64,000 nt of DNA from an uncultured Gemmatimonadales bacterium (GTDB lineage: Bacteria; Gemmatimonadota; Gemmatimonadetes; Longimicrobiales; RSA9), in the NCBI GenBank assembly GCA_963798845.1, contig CAWCUS010000001.1, positions 800,001 to 864,000 of the forward strand. Direction: 5' to 3'. Position numbers and translations under genes: made by a program. Shown in pieces: positions 41,358 through 51,708 of the stretch (position 1 is the stretch's first letter; every line of letters starts with the position of its first letter). The notes below the pieces were generated by a model that searched no databases, was not told the origin of the DNA, and worked only from the letters and a program-made list of their open reading frames with translations.

Positions 41358-42329
41358 ATGGCCGGTAAACCGCTGGACTTCGAGCGCGACATCAAGGAGC
41401 TGGAGGAGCAGATCGACCGCCTCCAGGGCCTGGCCCGCGAGCGCGGACTCGACGCGTCGCCTGAGCTCGACACGCTGGAAGCGAAGCTGGAGGAGCTGAA
41501 GCTGGACACGTTCCGCGACCTCTCGCCCATGGAGCGCGTCCAGCTGGCGCGGCATCCGCAGCGCCCGTTCACGCTCGACTACGTGGAGCGGGTGTTCACC
41601 GACTTCAGGGAGCTGCACGGCGATCGCGCCTATCGCGATGACGAGTCGATCGTAGCGGGTTGGGCGCGCCTGGACGGTCGCACGGTCATGGTGATCGGCC
41701 ACCAGCGCGGGCGCGACATGAAGGAGAACCTGTTGCGCAACTTCGGGATGCCGCACCCGGAGGGGTACCGCAAGGCGCTCCGGCTCATGCACCAGGCGGA
41801 GAAGTTCGGCCACCCCGTGATCACGTTCATCGACACGCCCGGGGCGTACCCGGGGATGGGAGCGGAGGAGCGGGGCCAGGCGGAAGCGATCGCCAGGAAC
41901 CTGCGGGACATGGCGGCGCTGAGGGTGCCCACCATCTCCGTGGTGATCGGGGAGGGCGGGAGCGGCGGCGCGCTGGCGCTCGGCGTGACGGACCGGATCC
42001 TGATGTTCGAGAACGCCATCTACAGCGTGATCACGGCCGAGGGGTGCGCGGCCATCCTGTGGAAGACGGCGGAGGCGAAGGACAAGGCGGCCGCGGCGCT
42101 GAAGATCACCGCCCCGGACCTGCAGCGCCTGGGCGTTGTGGACGAGATCCTCCCGGAGCCGAGCGCGGGCGCCCACAACGACTGGGACGCCGCCGCCGAC
42201 ACGTTGAAGAAGGCCCTGGAGCGCCAGCTGGCCGAGCTCACGAAGCTGGACGTGGATGCGCTCCGGGAGCAGCGCTGGGCCAAGTACGACGGGCTCGGCG
42301 AGTGGAAGGAGCCGGCGCCGGCCGGCTGA
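41358..42329 (+). CDS. accA: Acetyl-CoA carboxyltransferase alpha
   Basis: ARHPQRP, NFGMPHPEGYRKA, DTPGAYPG, GEGGSGGA. Confidence 0.97.
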   Translation: MAGKPLDFERDIKELEEQIDRLQGLARERGLDASPELDTLEAKLEELKLDTFRDLSPMERVQLARHPQRPFTLDYVERVFTDFRELHGDRAYRDDESIVAGWARLDGRTVMVIGHQRGRDMKENLLRNFGMPHPEGYRKALRLMHQAEKFGHPVITFIDTPGAYPGMGAEERGQAEAIARNLRDMAALRVPTISVVIGEGGSGGALALGVTDRILMFENAIYSVITAEGCAAILWKTAEAKDKAAAALKITAPDLQRLGVVDEILPEPSAGAHNDWDAAADTLKKALERQLAELTKLDVDALREQRWAKYDGLGEWKEPAPAG

Positions 42330-42357
42330 GCCCGGACCGCCGAGCAGCGGAGCCCCC

Positions 42358-43257
42358 ATGCACATCGTCGAAGTCAGCTTCAAGGGAAACCGACGGGACT
42401 ACTTCGCCGCGGACGGCGAGCTGGCCTCGGTGGACTCCTACGTCATCGTCGAGGCGGACCGGGGCGAGGACCTGGGTCGCGTCACGGCCGCGGGCGCCGT
42501 CGCCGAGCGGAAGTGCACCGGATGCTCCACCGGCTGCGCCGCGCCGACGCCCTCGAAGCGCGTGCTCCGCATCGCCCGCCCGGAGGAGGTGGACCGTTCC
42601 GTGGCGCTCCGCTCCGATGAGCCGCGGGTGCGCCGCACGGTGCGAGAGAAGGTGCAGCGCCACCAGCTGAAGATGAAGGTGAGCGAGGCCGAGTGGCAGT
42701 TCGACCGGAACAAGCTGACCGTCTACTTCACGGCCGAGCGGCGCGTGGACTTCCGCGAGCTGGTGAAGGACCTGGCGCGGACGTTCCGGACGCGCATCGA
42801 GCTGAAGCAGATCGGGGTGCGCGACGAGGCCGCGCTCCTGGGCGGCGTCGGCCGCTGCGGCCGCGAGCTGTGCTGCTCCACCTGGCTGCGCGAGCTCAAG
42901 CCCGTCAGCCTCCAGCTCGCCAAGGACCAGCGGCTCTCCCTCAATCCGGCCCAGATCTCCGGCTGCTGCGGCCGCCTCATGTGCTGCCTCACGTACGAGC
43001 ACGCGGCGTACGTGGAGGCCAGGAAGCGCTTCCCGCGCGAAGGTAAGTGGCTGGCCACGGACCGCGGGCGCGAGCGCGTCATTGCCGTGGACATCTGGCG
43101 CGAGCGAGTGGTTCTGAAGGACGAGAGCGGCGAGCGTCGCACCGTGGAGCTGGCGGCGCTGAAGACCGAGGTGGAGGCGGGTTCGCGCCTGGCGGCGAAG
43201 CGGGAGCGGAGCCGGGGCGAATCGGGGACGAACGGGAACGCGGGTGGTGAGGGTTGA
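42358..43257 (+). CDS. ricT: PSP1 / RicT (YaaT) family protein
   Basis: YFTAERRVDFRELVKDLA, QIGVRDEA, GRCGRELCC, SGCCGRLMCCL. Confidence 0.88.
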   Translation: MHIVEVSFKGNRRDYFAADGELASVDSYVIVEADRGEDLGRVTAAGAVAERKCTGCSTGCAAPTPSKRVLRIARPEEVDRSVALRSDEPRVRRTVREKVQRHQLKMKVSEAEWQFDRNKLTVYFTAERRVDFRELVKDLARTFRTRIELKQIGVRDEAALLGGVGRCGRELCCSTWLRELKPVSLQLAKDQRLSLNPAQISGCCGRLMCCLTYEHAAYVEARKRFPREGKWLATDRGRERVIAVDIWRERVVLKDESGERRTVELAALKTEVEAGSRLAAKRERSRGESGTNGNAGGEG

Positions 43258-44816
43258 ACCCCAAGCGCTACAAGTACATAACGACTGCCATCGACTACGC
43301 CAACGGCGCCCCGCACCTGGGGCACGCGCTGGAGAAGATCGGTGCCGATGCCATGGCCCGGTATCGCCGCCGCAAGGGCGAGCACGTGCATTACGTCATC
43401 GGCATGGACGAGCATGGCCTGAAAGTCTTGCAGAGCGCGCAGGAGAGCGGCATCACCCCACAGGAGTGGGTGGACGAGCTGGCCGGTCAGTTCCAGGCGG
43501 CGTGGAAGGCGCTGCACCTCAGCAACGACGACTTCATCCGCACCACGGAAGCCCGGCACCGGCAGGCGGCGCAGGAGATGGTGCGTCGCATCGATGCCGC
43601 CGGCGACCTCTACACCTCCATATATGCCGGCTACTACTGCATCGGCTGCGAGGCGTACAAGACCGAGGACGAGCTGGAGGGGAAGGACCCGGCCTCGCCG
43701 CTGCCGCCGGGAAAGGCAAGCCCCGAGCGCGCCCACGCGCTCCGCTGCCCCCTCCACCCCCGCCGCGAGCTGGAGTGGATGGAGGAGGAGAACTGGTTCT
43801 TCCGCCTCTCCCGCTACCGGGACCGCCTGCTCGACCTCCTGGACGAGCGGCCGGAGTTCGTTCAACCCGAAACGCGCCGTAACGAGGTGCGCCGCGTGAT
43901 CGAGGGAGGGCTCGAGGACATCTCGGTCTCCCGCGCGCGCCTGGCCTGGGGGATCCCCTGGCCGGACGACCCGGACCACGTGGTGTACGTCTGGCTGGAG
44001 GCGCTCAGCAACTACCTCTCGGCCACCGGCTTCCCCGACGACGGCTACACCGCCTACTGGCCAGCCGACTTCCACGTCATCGGCAAGGACATCACCCGCT
44101 TCCACTGCATCTACTGGCCCGCTTTCCTCATGAGCGCGGGCCTCGCGCTGCCCCGCACCGTGTGGGCACACGGCTTCATCAATTTCGGCGGCGGCAAGAT
44201 GTCGAAATCGGAGGGAGTGAGCATCACGCTCGACTCCGCCATCGATCGCCACGGACCCGATGCGCTGCGCTACTACCTGCTCCACGACATCCCGTGGACC
44301 GGCGACGGTGACTTCTCGCTGGAGCGCTTCGACGACGTCTACACCGCCGAGCTGGCCAACGACCTCGGCAACCTCGCCAGCCGCAGCCTGTCCATGATCG
44401 AGCGCTACCGTGGCGGCGTGGTGCCGCACGGCGGCGATACGGACCTCGACGACCGCATTCCGGACGTTCTCGTCCGCTACCGTGCCGCCATGGACGGCAA
44501 CCTCCTGCACCAGGGGATCGGCGCCGCCATGGAGCTCACCGACGCGGCCAACGGTTTCGTCGAGGCCCGCGCACCCTGGAGCCAGGCGAAGGACCCGGCA
44601 CAGTCGGCGGAGCTCGACGCCACACTGGCCGCCCTCGCCCGGGCCCTCGCCGCCCTGGTCACGATGCTCGAGCCCTTCCTGCCCGAACGCATGCGCTGCC
44701 TCGCGGCCACCCTCGGGCTCCAGGACGTGCCCGGCCTCGATGATGTGGCGAGGCTCGATCTGGCCGGGCACCACGTGGAGCGCGGCGAGATCCTGTTCCC
44801 GCGCGCTGACCGGTAG
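43254..44816 (+). CDS. metG: Methionine--tRNA ligase (short form)
   Basis: YITTAIDYANGAPHLGH, GMDEHG, GKDITRFH, KMSKS. Confidence 0.95.
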   Translation: MNPKRYKYITTAIDYANGAPHLGHALEKIGADAMARYRRRKGEHVHYVIGMDEHGLKVLQSAQESGITPQEWVDELAGQFQAAWKALHLSNDDFIRTTEARHRQAAQEMVRRIDAAGDLYTSIYAGYYCIGCEAYKTEDELEGKDPASPLPPGKASPERAHALRCPLHPRRELEWMEEENWFFRLSRYRDRLLDLLDERPEFVQPETRRNEVRRVIEGGLEDISVSRARLAWGIPWPDDPDHVVYVWLEALSNYLSATGFPDDGYTAYWPADFHVIGKDITRFHCIYWPAFLMSAGLALPRTVWAHGFINFGGGKMSKSEGVSITLDSAIDRHGPDALRYYLLHDIPWTGDGDFSLERFDDVYTAELANDLGNLASRSLSMIERYRGGVVPHGGDTDLDDRIPDVLVRYRAAMDGNLLHQGIGAAMELTDAANGFVEARAPWSQAKDPAQSAELDATLAALARALAALVTMLEPFLPERMRCLAATLGLQDVPGLDDVARLDLAGHHVERGEILFPRADR

Positions 44817-44934
44817 GTGTCGGGAAATCCCGGAAATTTGCCGGGGCGTCTTGACGGTCCTGCGGAGCAGGGGGTATCGTTGCCCGGTTCCCACAGGAAA
44901 TCAACCGTAACGCTCCCCCGAACCCTGGATCTCC

Positions 44935-45876
44935 ATGGCACGGCGCCAATGGACACTCATGGTCCTAGCGGACGACCAGTCCCGTGTTCGGCAGTATCGG
45001 ATCTCCAGCCGAGCCGTTCGCTCCTGGCTTGCGGTGGCCTCCGTGGCGCTGCTCGTCCTCGTGACGCTGGCCGCCGGGTTCTTCATGGAAGAGCCGCAGC
45101 GCTTCCATGCGGAGCGGCTGACGAAGGCCAACGAGCTGCTGACCCACCAGCTGGAGACGCTCCGATCGGACATGGCGGTGCTTCAGAACTCCCTCGCCGA
45201 GCTGTCGGCGAAGGACGAGCGCTACCGTCTGCTCGCGAATCTGCAGCCGCTGGACGAGGACGTGAAGAAGGCCGGTGTCGGCGGTCCCGGCACACGCACG
45301 CTGGAGGAGACGCCGCTCTGGCACGTGGACCGCAAGCTCGCGCGGGAAGCGTTCGGCGCGAGCGAGGACGTGAACGCGCTGATCCGCAGGGCACGGGTGC
45401 TCACGGCCAGCTGGGATGAGGCGACGCGCTCGATGGAGACGCAGGTGGACGCGTGGGAGCGGACGCCATCGATCATGCCGACGGAAGGCTACGAGTCGAG
45501 CGGCTTCAGCCGCAGTCGGATGCACCCGATCCTCAACATCCGGCGACCGCACAAGGGCATCGACATCGTGGCCCGACGCGGCACCCCGGTGGTGGCCGCG
45601 GCCAAGGGCACCGTGGTGTTCGCAGCGGACACGCACGGCGAATACGGCTGGATGGTGGACGTCGACCACGGCAACGGCGTCACCACGCGCTACGCCCATC
45701 TGGCGAAGGGGAGCGTGGTGGTGAAGCCGGGGCAGCTGGTGGAGCGGTGGCAGAAGCTCGCCGAAGTGGGCAGCACCGGGCTGGTGACCGCGCCGAGCAC
45801 CCATTACGAGGTGATCGTGGACGGCCGTCCCGTGGACCCGGACAAGTTCGTCCTCGGAGACGTCCTCCGCTTCTGA
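44935..45876 (+). CDS. M23 family metallopeptidase
   Basis: HKGID, TRYAHL, GSTG..TAPSTHYEV; N-terminal transmembrane helix and coiled coil; TTGACG/TATCGT promoter at 44851-44880. Confidence 0.9.
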   Translation: MARRQWTLMVLADDQSRVRQYRISSRAVRSWLAVASVALLVLVTLAAGFFMEEPQRFHAERLTKANELLTHQLETLRSDMAVLQNSLAELSAKDERYRLLANLQPLDEDVKKAGVGGPGTRTLEETPLWHVDRKLAREAFGASEDVNALIRRARVLTASWDEATRSMETQVDAWERTPSIMPTEGYESSGFSRSRMHPILNIRRPHKGIDIVARRGTPVVAAAKGTVVFAADTHGEYGWMVDVDHGNGVTTRYAHLAKGSVVVKPGQLVERWQKLAEVGSTGLVTAPSTHYEVIVDGRPVDPDKFVLGDVLRF

Positions 45877-46048
45877 ACCGGGCGATCGACGGCCGTCCGG
45901 TCGACGGGCGGCCGCGCCCGCAACGGCCGTTCGCGCTCCCCGGAGCCAGGCCGCGACTCGCGAGGGAAGCGGGGCGGGCGCTTGATGGACCCCGGGGGGT
46001 CCTGTACCTTGTTGTCCTTCCCATGATCCACCTTTCCGAGAGAGACAG

Positions 46049-46834
46049 ATGAGACGAGTGGTGCTGATCGCGGCCGCAGCCGTGTTCGGGGCGAGCACTG
46101 CAGCATGCGGGGGCGGCGACGTCACGGTGCTCGCGCAGCTCCAGGGCGCGTCCACCGGGGCCGAGACGGCAGAACCCGTGGCGCTGGGGTCCCTCCCGGT
46201 GCGGCTCCTGCCGTACGACCGGGACCAGATCTTCGACTCGCTGAAGGCGGCGTATCCCGAGCCGGAGCCCGAGGTACCGGACAGTATCGCGGCGCTGCAG
46301 GACCGCGTGATCACGAAGCAGCGGGAGTGGCAGCAGGCCAACAACCAGTGGCTCGCCCTGCGCGACAGCCTGAAGACGCTGTCGACGAAGATGGCGAGGA
46401 TGAGCAAGAGCTCCGGCGAGTACTTCGCGATGTTCCGCGACTTCAACGACATGGACGACCAGGTGAGCGCGCTGGAGAAGCGCTCCAACCAGGCGTTCCA
46501 GGAGTTCACCACTTCGCAGAACCGGCTGAACGAGCAGGCCAGGGAGATCCGGCTGGCGAAGCGGGCGTGGGGGGACGAGGCGTACGCGCCCATCGACTCC
46601 ATCATCGGCGCGCGCCTGGACGCGATGGGGCTTCAGGAGTACGCGGACACGACCACCGACCAGGGCGTGGCGTACTTCAAGGACATCCCGGAGGGCAGGT
46701 GGTGGGTCTACGCGCGCTACGAGCGCCAGTTCGACGAGCTGTACTGGAACGTTCCGATCAACGTCCAGGGCGGGAAGGAGCCGACCCGGATCCAGCTCAC
46801 CGAGGAGAACGCCGAGGTGCGCCCGAAGCTGTGA
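46049..46834 (+). CDS. Hypothetical lipoprotein with coiled-coil insert
   Basis: TAAC lipobox, helical middle, C-terminal PEGRWWVYAR..LYWNVP. Confidence 0.75.
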   Translation: MRRVVLIAAAAVFGASTAACGGGDVTVLAQLQGASTGAETAEPVALGSLPVRLLPYDRDQIFDSLKAAYPEPEPEVPDSIAALQDRVITKQREWQQANNQWLALRDSLKTLSTKMARMSKSSGEYFAMFRDFNDMDDQVSALEKRSNQAFQEFTTSQNRLNEQAREIRLAKRAWGDEAYAPIDSIIGARLDAMGLQEYADTTTDQGVAYFKDIPEGRWWVYARYERQFDELYWNVPINVQGGKEPTRIQLTEENAEVRPKL

Positions 46835-46840
46835 GGCAAC

Positions 46841-49000
46841 GTGCCTGAGGCCACGAGCACGACGAGGCAGGCGGCGCTGACGCTGGAGGTGGACGGCGAC
46901 GGCGTCGCCTGGCTCGTTTTCGACGACCCGGACCGCAAGGTCAACATCCTGTCCTCTGCCATCATGGAGCGGCTGGACGAGCTTCTGGACGAGGTGGAGC
47001 GTGAGGTGGCGGCGGGTCGGGCGAAAGCGCTGGTCGTGCGGAGCGGCAAGGACGGCAGCTTCATCGCCGGCGCCAACATCGACGAGATCGTCGACATCAC
47101 GGATCCGGCGGTGGGCAGGGCGCAGGCCGCTCGCGGCCAGGCGGTGTTCCAGCGGCTCGCGACCCTGTCGATCCCGACCGTGGCCGCGGTGGATGGCACC
47201 TGCCTCGGCGGCGGCACGGAGATGATCCTCGCCTGTGACGTCCGCATCGCCAGCGACCGCAGGGAGACGAAGATCGGGCTCCCCGAGACGCGCCTCGGCA
47301 TCCTGCCCGGCTTCGGCGGCACCACCCGGCTCCCGCGGCTGGTGGGCCTCGCGGCAGCCGCCGACATCATCCTCGCCGGGAAGTCCGTGGACGCGCGCAA
47401 GGCGAGCAGGATCGGGCTCGTCGAGGAGCGCATGCACGTGGGCGTCCTGTACGACCGCGCCCGCGAGCTCGCGCTCGCCATGGCCGCGGGCGGCGATCCG
47501 CCGGCGCGCGCCAGGCCGCCGGCGCCGATGCGTCTCATGGAAGCCACGAGCCCGGGTCGGAACGTCATTCTCAAGCAGGCCCGCAAGCAGGTCATGAAGC
47601 AGACCCGGGGCCACTACCCCGCCCCCCTGCGCGCCATCGACGTCATGCGCCGCTCGGCGGGCGCCCCGATCGGGAAGGCGCTCGCGCTCGAGGCCCAGGC
47701 GCTCGGCGAGCTGATCGCCACACCCGAGTCGAAGAACCTGATCCACGTCTTCCGCCTCATGGAGGGCGCGAAGAAGGCAGCGCCCACGGCCGAGGCGAGG
47801 CCGGTCGAGCGCGCCGCCGTGCTCGGCGCCGGCGTGATGGGCGGGGGGATCGCCCAGCTGCTGGCGTACCGGGAGATCCCGGTCCGACTCAAGGACATCA
47901 ACCGCGACGCGCTGTCCACGGGACTGCGGCACGCTCGCTCGATGTTCGACAAGCTGGTGAAGCGTCGCCGGCTGAAGCCGCGGGAGGCGCAGGACCGGAT
48001 GACGGCCATCTCGCCGTCGCTGGATTACTCGGGGTTCGGCGCCGTGGACCTGGTCATCGAGGCCGTGGTCGAGCGGATGCCCGTCAAGAAGTCCGTGCTG
48101 AAGCAGACGGAGGACGCGGTGCGGTCGGGGACGGTTCTGGCCAGCAACACGTCGTCGCTCTCGATCACCGACATGGCCTCGGCGCTGGAGCGGCCGGCGG
48201 ACTTCGCCGGGATGCACTTCTTCAACCCGGTGGAGAAGATGCCGCTGGTGGAGGTCATCCGAGGGGAGCGCACCTCGGACGAGACCGCCGCCACCGTGTT
48301 CGCGCTCGCGCTCCGGCTCGGCAAGACGCCGGTGCTGGTGCGCGACGGCCCCGGCTTCCTCGTGAACCGGATCCTCACGCCGTACCTGAACGAGGCCGGG
48401 TACCTGCTCGGGCAGGCGGCTTCCATCGCGGAAGTGGACGAGGCGCTGCTCGATTTCGGCATGCCCATGGGGCCGCTCCGCCTCCTGGACGAGGTCGGCC
48501 TGGACATCGCCCGCCATGCCGGCGAGACCATGCACGAGGCCTTCGGCCAGCGCCTGGCGCCGGCACCCGTGCTCCTGGCGCTGGAGCACACGGACCGCCT
48601 GGGGCGCAAGAACGGCCGGGGCTTCTACACGTACGTGGACGGCAGGGCGAAGCACCCCGACTCGGACATCTACGAGGAGCTGGCCAATGTGGCCGGGGCC
48701 GAGCGCTCGACGGTCCCGGCGCGCGAGATCGTGGACCGCACAGTGCTCCCCATGATCAACGAGGCCGCCCGCATCCTCGAGGACGGGATCGCGCGCTCCG
48801 CGGGCGACGTGGACCTGGCCATGATCGCCGGCACCGGCTTTCCTCCCTTCCGCGGCGGCCTCCTCCGCTACGCGGACCACGTCGGGCTCGACGCCATTGT
48901 CGCCCGGCTCCGCTCGCTCGCCCGCGAGCATGGTGCGCGCTTCGAGCCCGCGCCGCTGCTCGTCCGCAAGGCGGAGGCGGGCGAAGGGTTCTACGGCTGA
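46841..49000 (+). CDS. Fatty acid oxidation complex alpha subunit (FadB/FadJ type)
   Basis: FIAGANI, CLGGGTE, GLPETRLGILPGFGGT, VLGAGVMGGGIA, ASNTSSL, GMHFFNP. Confidence 0.93.
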   Translation: MPEATSTTRQAALTLEVDGDGVAWLVFDDPDRKVNILSSAIMERLDELLDEVEREVAAGRAKALVVRSGKDGSFIAGANIDEIVDITDPAVGRAQAARGQAVFQRLATLSIPTVAAVDGTCLGGGTEMILACDVRIASDRRETKIGLPETRLGILPGFGGTTRLPRLVGLAAAADIILAGKSVDARKASRIGLVEERMHVGVLYDRARELALAMAAGGDPPARARPPAPMRLMEATSPGRNVILKQARKQVMKQTRGHYPAPLRAIDVMRRSAGAPIGKALALEAQALGELIATPESKNLIHVFRLMEGAKKAAPTAEARPVERAAVLGAGVMGGGIAQLLAYREIPVRLKDINRDALSTGLRHARSMFDKLVKRRRLKPREAQDRMTAISPSLDYSGFGAVDLVIEAVVERMPVKKSVLKQTEDAVRSGTVLASNTSSLSITDMASALERPADFAGMHFFNPVEKMPLVEVIRGERTSDETAATVFALALRLGKTPVLVRDGPGFLVNRILTPYLNEAGYLLGQAASIAEVDEALLDFGMPMGPLRLLDEVGLDIARHAGETMHEAFGQRLAPAPVLLALEHTDRLGRKNGRGFYTYVDGRAKHPDSDIYEELANVAGAERSTVPAREIVDRTVLPMINEAARILEDGIARSAGDVDLAMIAGTGFPPFRGGLLRYADHVGLDAIVARLRSLAREHGARFEPAPLLVRKAEAGEGFYG

Positions 49001-49599
49001 GCGACCTCCCGCTCCCCCGCCCCGTCCACATCCACTACCTGCGACCGCCCGACCGCGTGCAGGTGTTCTCCCAGACGCTCGTCCACGAAGGTGACGCCCT
49101 GGTCACCTACCTCCCTCGCGCCGGAGTCGCCCGCCCCACCGTGGTGGGCGGGCGTCGCGTGCTGGAAGCGGAGTCGCCCGTGGTCTGGCTCACCTTCCCC
49201 GGCCGCTCCCACGACATCGGCCGCTTCCACACCCCGGACGGTCGCTTCACCGGGTACTACGCCAACATCCTGACGCCCGTGGAGATCGACCGATCCGCCG
49301 AGGGCGACACCTGGCACACGACCGACCTGTTCCTCGACGTCTTCCTCACCCCCGACGGCGACCCGTTCGTGCTCGACCGGGAAGAGCTGGAACAAGCGGT
49401 GGCCGTCGGCTGGGTGGACGCGGCCACGGCACGCGAGGCCGAGCGGGACGCCGCGGCGCTCGTGCGGGCCGCCCGGACCGGCCGGTGGCCGCCCGCGGTG
49501 GCGCGCGCATGGACGCTGGAGAGAGTGCTGGATCGGGTGCGCCCGGACGGTGTATCGAACCGATCGGAAACCGGACCGAGTGGAGACGAGACGACATGA
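48997..49599 (+). CDS. DUF402 family protein; start 48997 (CTG) or 49057 (GTG)
   Basis: DIGRFH, GYYANI, TDLFLDV, VLDREELEQA. Confidence 0.75.
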   Translation: MSDLPLPRPVHIHYLRPPDRVQVFSQTLVHEGDALVTYLPRAGVARPTVVGGRRVLEAESPVVWLTFPGRSHDIGRFHTPDGRFTGYYANILTPVEIDRSAEGDTWHTTDLFLDVFLTPDGDPFVLDREELEQAVAVGWVDAATAREAERDAAALVRAARTGRWPPAVARAWTLERVLDRVRPDGVSNRSETGPSGDETT

Positions 49600-50318
49600 T
49601 GCTACGGATTCGGGCGGGACTGCTGCTGCTCGGCTTCTGGGCCGCCGGGGCGCTCCCGGCAGGGGCGGCGGCGCAGTCGGACCACAGCGGCACGGACGCG
49701 CGCACGGCGCTCCTCGAGCGCGCGCTGGAAAGCCGTACCCGCGGCCCCGACAGCGCGGCCGTGGTGGTGTTCGAGATCGCTGACTTCCAGTGCCCCTACT
49801 GCGCCCAGTTCGCCACCACCGTCGGTCCGCAGGTGGCGCAGAAGTACGTCCGGAGCGGCAAGGTTCAGTGGGTCTTCGTGAACATGCCGCTGCACAGCCA
49901 TCCGCTGGCGTGGAGCGCGGCCGAAGCGGCGCTCTGCGCGGGGGCGGCGGGCGGCGACTTCTGGGCGATGCACGACCGCCTGTACAGCCAGCAGAGCACC
50001 TGGACCACCCTCCCCGATCCCTCCGACCGGTTCGCCAGCATGGCCGAGGAGGCGGGCGCGTCGGCGCAGGACTACCGCACCTGCGTGGCCCGCGACCAGG
50101 TGGCCTCCCTCATCCTCCAGGACCTCGGCTCCGCCATCAGCGCCGGCATCAGCGGCACGCCGGCCTTCATCGTCACGCACGACCGCCAGGTCCTCGATCG
50201 CATGGTGGGCGTCCAGACCATGGAGACCTGGACCGACGTCCTCGACCTGGCGCTACAGGGCAAGTCCGCAGAGACCGTCCCCCCCGACTCCGGCGGCGCC
50301 AGCAGCCCCGGGGGCTGA
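49596..50318 (+). CDS. DsbA family thioredoxin-fold protein
   Basis: EIADFQCPYC, GISGTP; signal peptide; ATGA overlap. Confidence 0.88.
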   Translation: MMLRIRAGLLLLGFWAAGALPAGAAAQSDHSGTDARTALLERALESRTRGPDSAAVVVFEIADFQCPYCAQFATTVGPQVAQKYVRSGKVQWVFVNMPLHSHPLAWSAAEAALCAGAAGGDFWAMHDRLYSQQSTWTTLPDPSDRFASMAEEAGASAQDYRTCVARDQVASLILQDLGSAISAGISGTPAFIVTHDRQVLDRMVGVQTMETWTDVLDLALQGKSAETVPPDSGGASSPGG

Positions 50319-50355
50319 GTCCGCGGCCGGGAACCCGGGCCTCTCGCCCGTCGGA

Positions 50356-50787
50356 TCAGTCCCGGAGGCGACGGATCTCGGGGATGGAGGCGGCGAAGGA
50401 GAAGGTGGAGACGACGGCGGAGCCGATGCACCAGCGGCACCAGGCGCCGATGACCCACTCCTCCAGCACGCTGAGATAGAGCGAGAAGAGGAAAGCGACG
50501 CCGGTGAGCGTGACCAGACCCACCGCGACCCACGGGCGATCCGCCAGCCCGGGCTGGATCCCGGCCAGCGCTACGGCGAGAATGGCGACGTAGCCCACCA
50601 GCCCGAGTCCGGCCACCGGGATTCCGGCGAACACCGCGTAGCGGGACGCCTGCACGGTCTCGCACCCGCCTCCCACGCCGCAGATCACGGCAGGGATCAA
50701 TCCGAGCTTGTACAGGAGCAGGTAGCCGGCGATGAAGATGCCGGCCATGGCGAGCACCGCGATGAGCTGCCGGTTGAGCAGGCTCAT
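50356..50787 (-). CDS. Vitamin K epoxide reductase (VKOR) family protein
   Basis: CGVGGGCETVQAS, GIPVA, CRWC. Confidence 0.9.
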   Translation of the reverse strand: MSLLNRQLIAVLAMAGIFIAGYLLLYKLGLIPAVICGVGGGCETVQASRYAVFAGIPVAGLGLVGYVAILAVALAGIQPGLADRPWVAVGLVTLTGVAFLFSLYLSVLEEWVIGAWCRWCIGSAVVSTFSFAASIPEIRRLRD

Positions 50788-51614
50788 CGGCTCCCGGCCG
50801 ACTCCGGGGCGGTTGCCGACTCCGGGGCGGCCGCCGACTCCGGGGCAGTGGCGGACCCCTGTCCTGCGGGCTGCGGCGAGGCGGCCGAGGACTGGAGGAC
50901 CTGGAGGAGGTTCCGCTCCATGTCGCCGACGGTCCGCCCGCCGACCTGGCGGTTGTTCACGAGCACCGTGGGCGTGCTGTTGACGCCCAGCTCATCGCCC
51001 ACCATCCGGTTGGCGGTCACCACGTCGGCGTACTTGTCGCTCTTCAGGCACTTCTCGAACTCGCGTTCGTTCAGCCCCACGTCCTTGGCGTAGCCGACGA
51101 ACGTGTCCACCACGTCGCGCTGGGCACTCCAGGTCGGCTGCTCCTGGAACAGCTTCTCGTGCATCGGCCAGTACCCGTCCTCGCCGTTCACCTGCTGGTC
51201 GCCCCCGCAGCGCGCGGCCCGTGAGGCGAGGAAGGAGTGCACGTGCGCGCCGCCGAGCGGGAAGTCGTAGAAGACGAGCTGCGCCTCACCGCTCTGGATG
51301 TACGGCATCAGCTTGGGCCGGACCTCGAGCGAGAAATCACGGCACGCCGGGCACATGAAGTCGGCGAACTCCACGATCTTGATCGGCGCATCGTCGTTGC
51401 CGACGCGAACCGGCGTGGCCTGCTCGTAGAGCGTGCGGACGTCCGACGCGTCCAGCTGGATCGGCTCCGTGGCCGCCGACCCGCCGCGCCCGGTCAGAGC
51501 GTACCCCAGCGCGGCCAGGCCCACCACCGCCACCACGACCAGCACTGCGTAGAACATCCCGTTCCCGCCGCCCTGTTTCTGGGCGGGAGAGCCTTTCCGC
51601 TGTCTTTGCGCCAC
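50784..51614 (-). CDS. Membrane-anchored DsbA family protein
   Basis: EFADFMCPAC, YDFPL, GVNSTPT; N-terminal transmembrane helix; GTG 51614 after a purine-rich RBS. Confidence 0.85.
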   Translation of the reverse strand: MAQRQRKGSPAQKQGGGNGMFYAVLVVVAVVGLAALGYALTGRGGSAATEPIQLDASDVRTLYEQATPVRVGNDDAPIKIVEFADFMCPACRDFSLEVRPKLMPYIQSGEAQLVFYDFPLGGAHVHSFLASRAARCGGDQQVNGEDGYWPMHEKLFQEQPTWSAQRDVVDTFVGYAKDVGLNEREFEKCLKSDKYADVVTANRMVGDELGVNSTPTVLVNNRQVGGRTVGDMERNLLQVLQSSAASPQPAGQGSATAPESAAAPESATAPESAGSR

Positions 51615-51708
51615 GCTCGACCCCTCTCGCTGTTGACCGGAACCCCTGCCACTGTACCCGCCGGAAGATGAACGTGTTTCGAGTGGGGTCAAGGGAGCCG
51701 GGACGGGA

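Noticed and set aside
44456..44463. Fourth CATTCCGG site, in metG
   Set aside because: The frame reads through normally (DRIPDV) into the anticodon-binding domain; no frameshift.
50797..50850. 18-bp x3 repeat
   Set aside because: Encodes the low-complexity ATAPES/AAAPES tail of DsbA.
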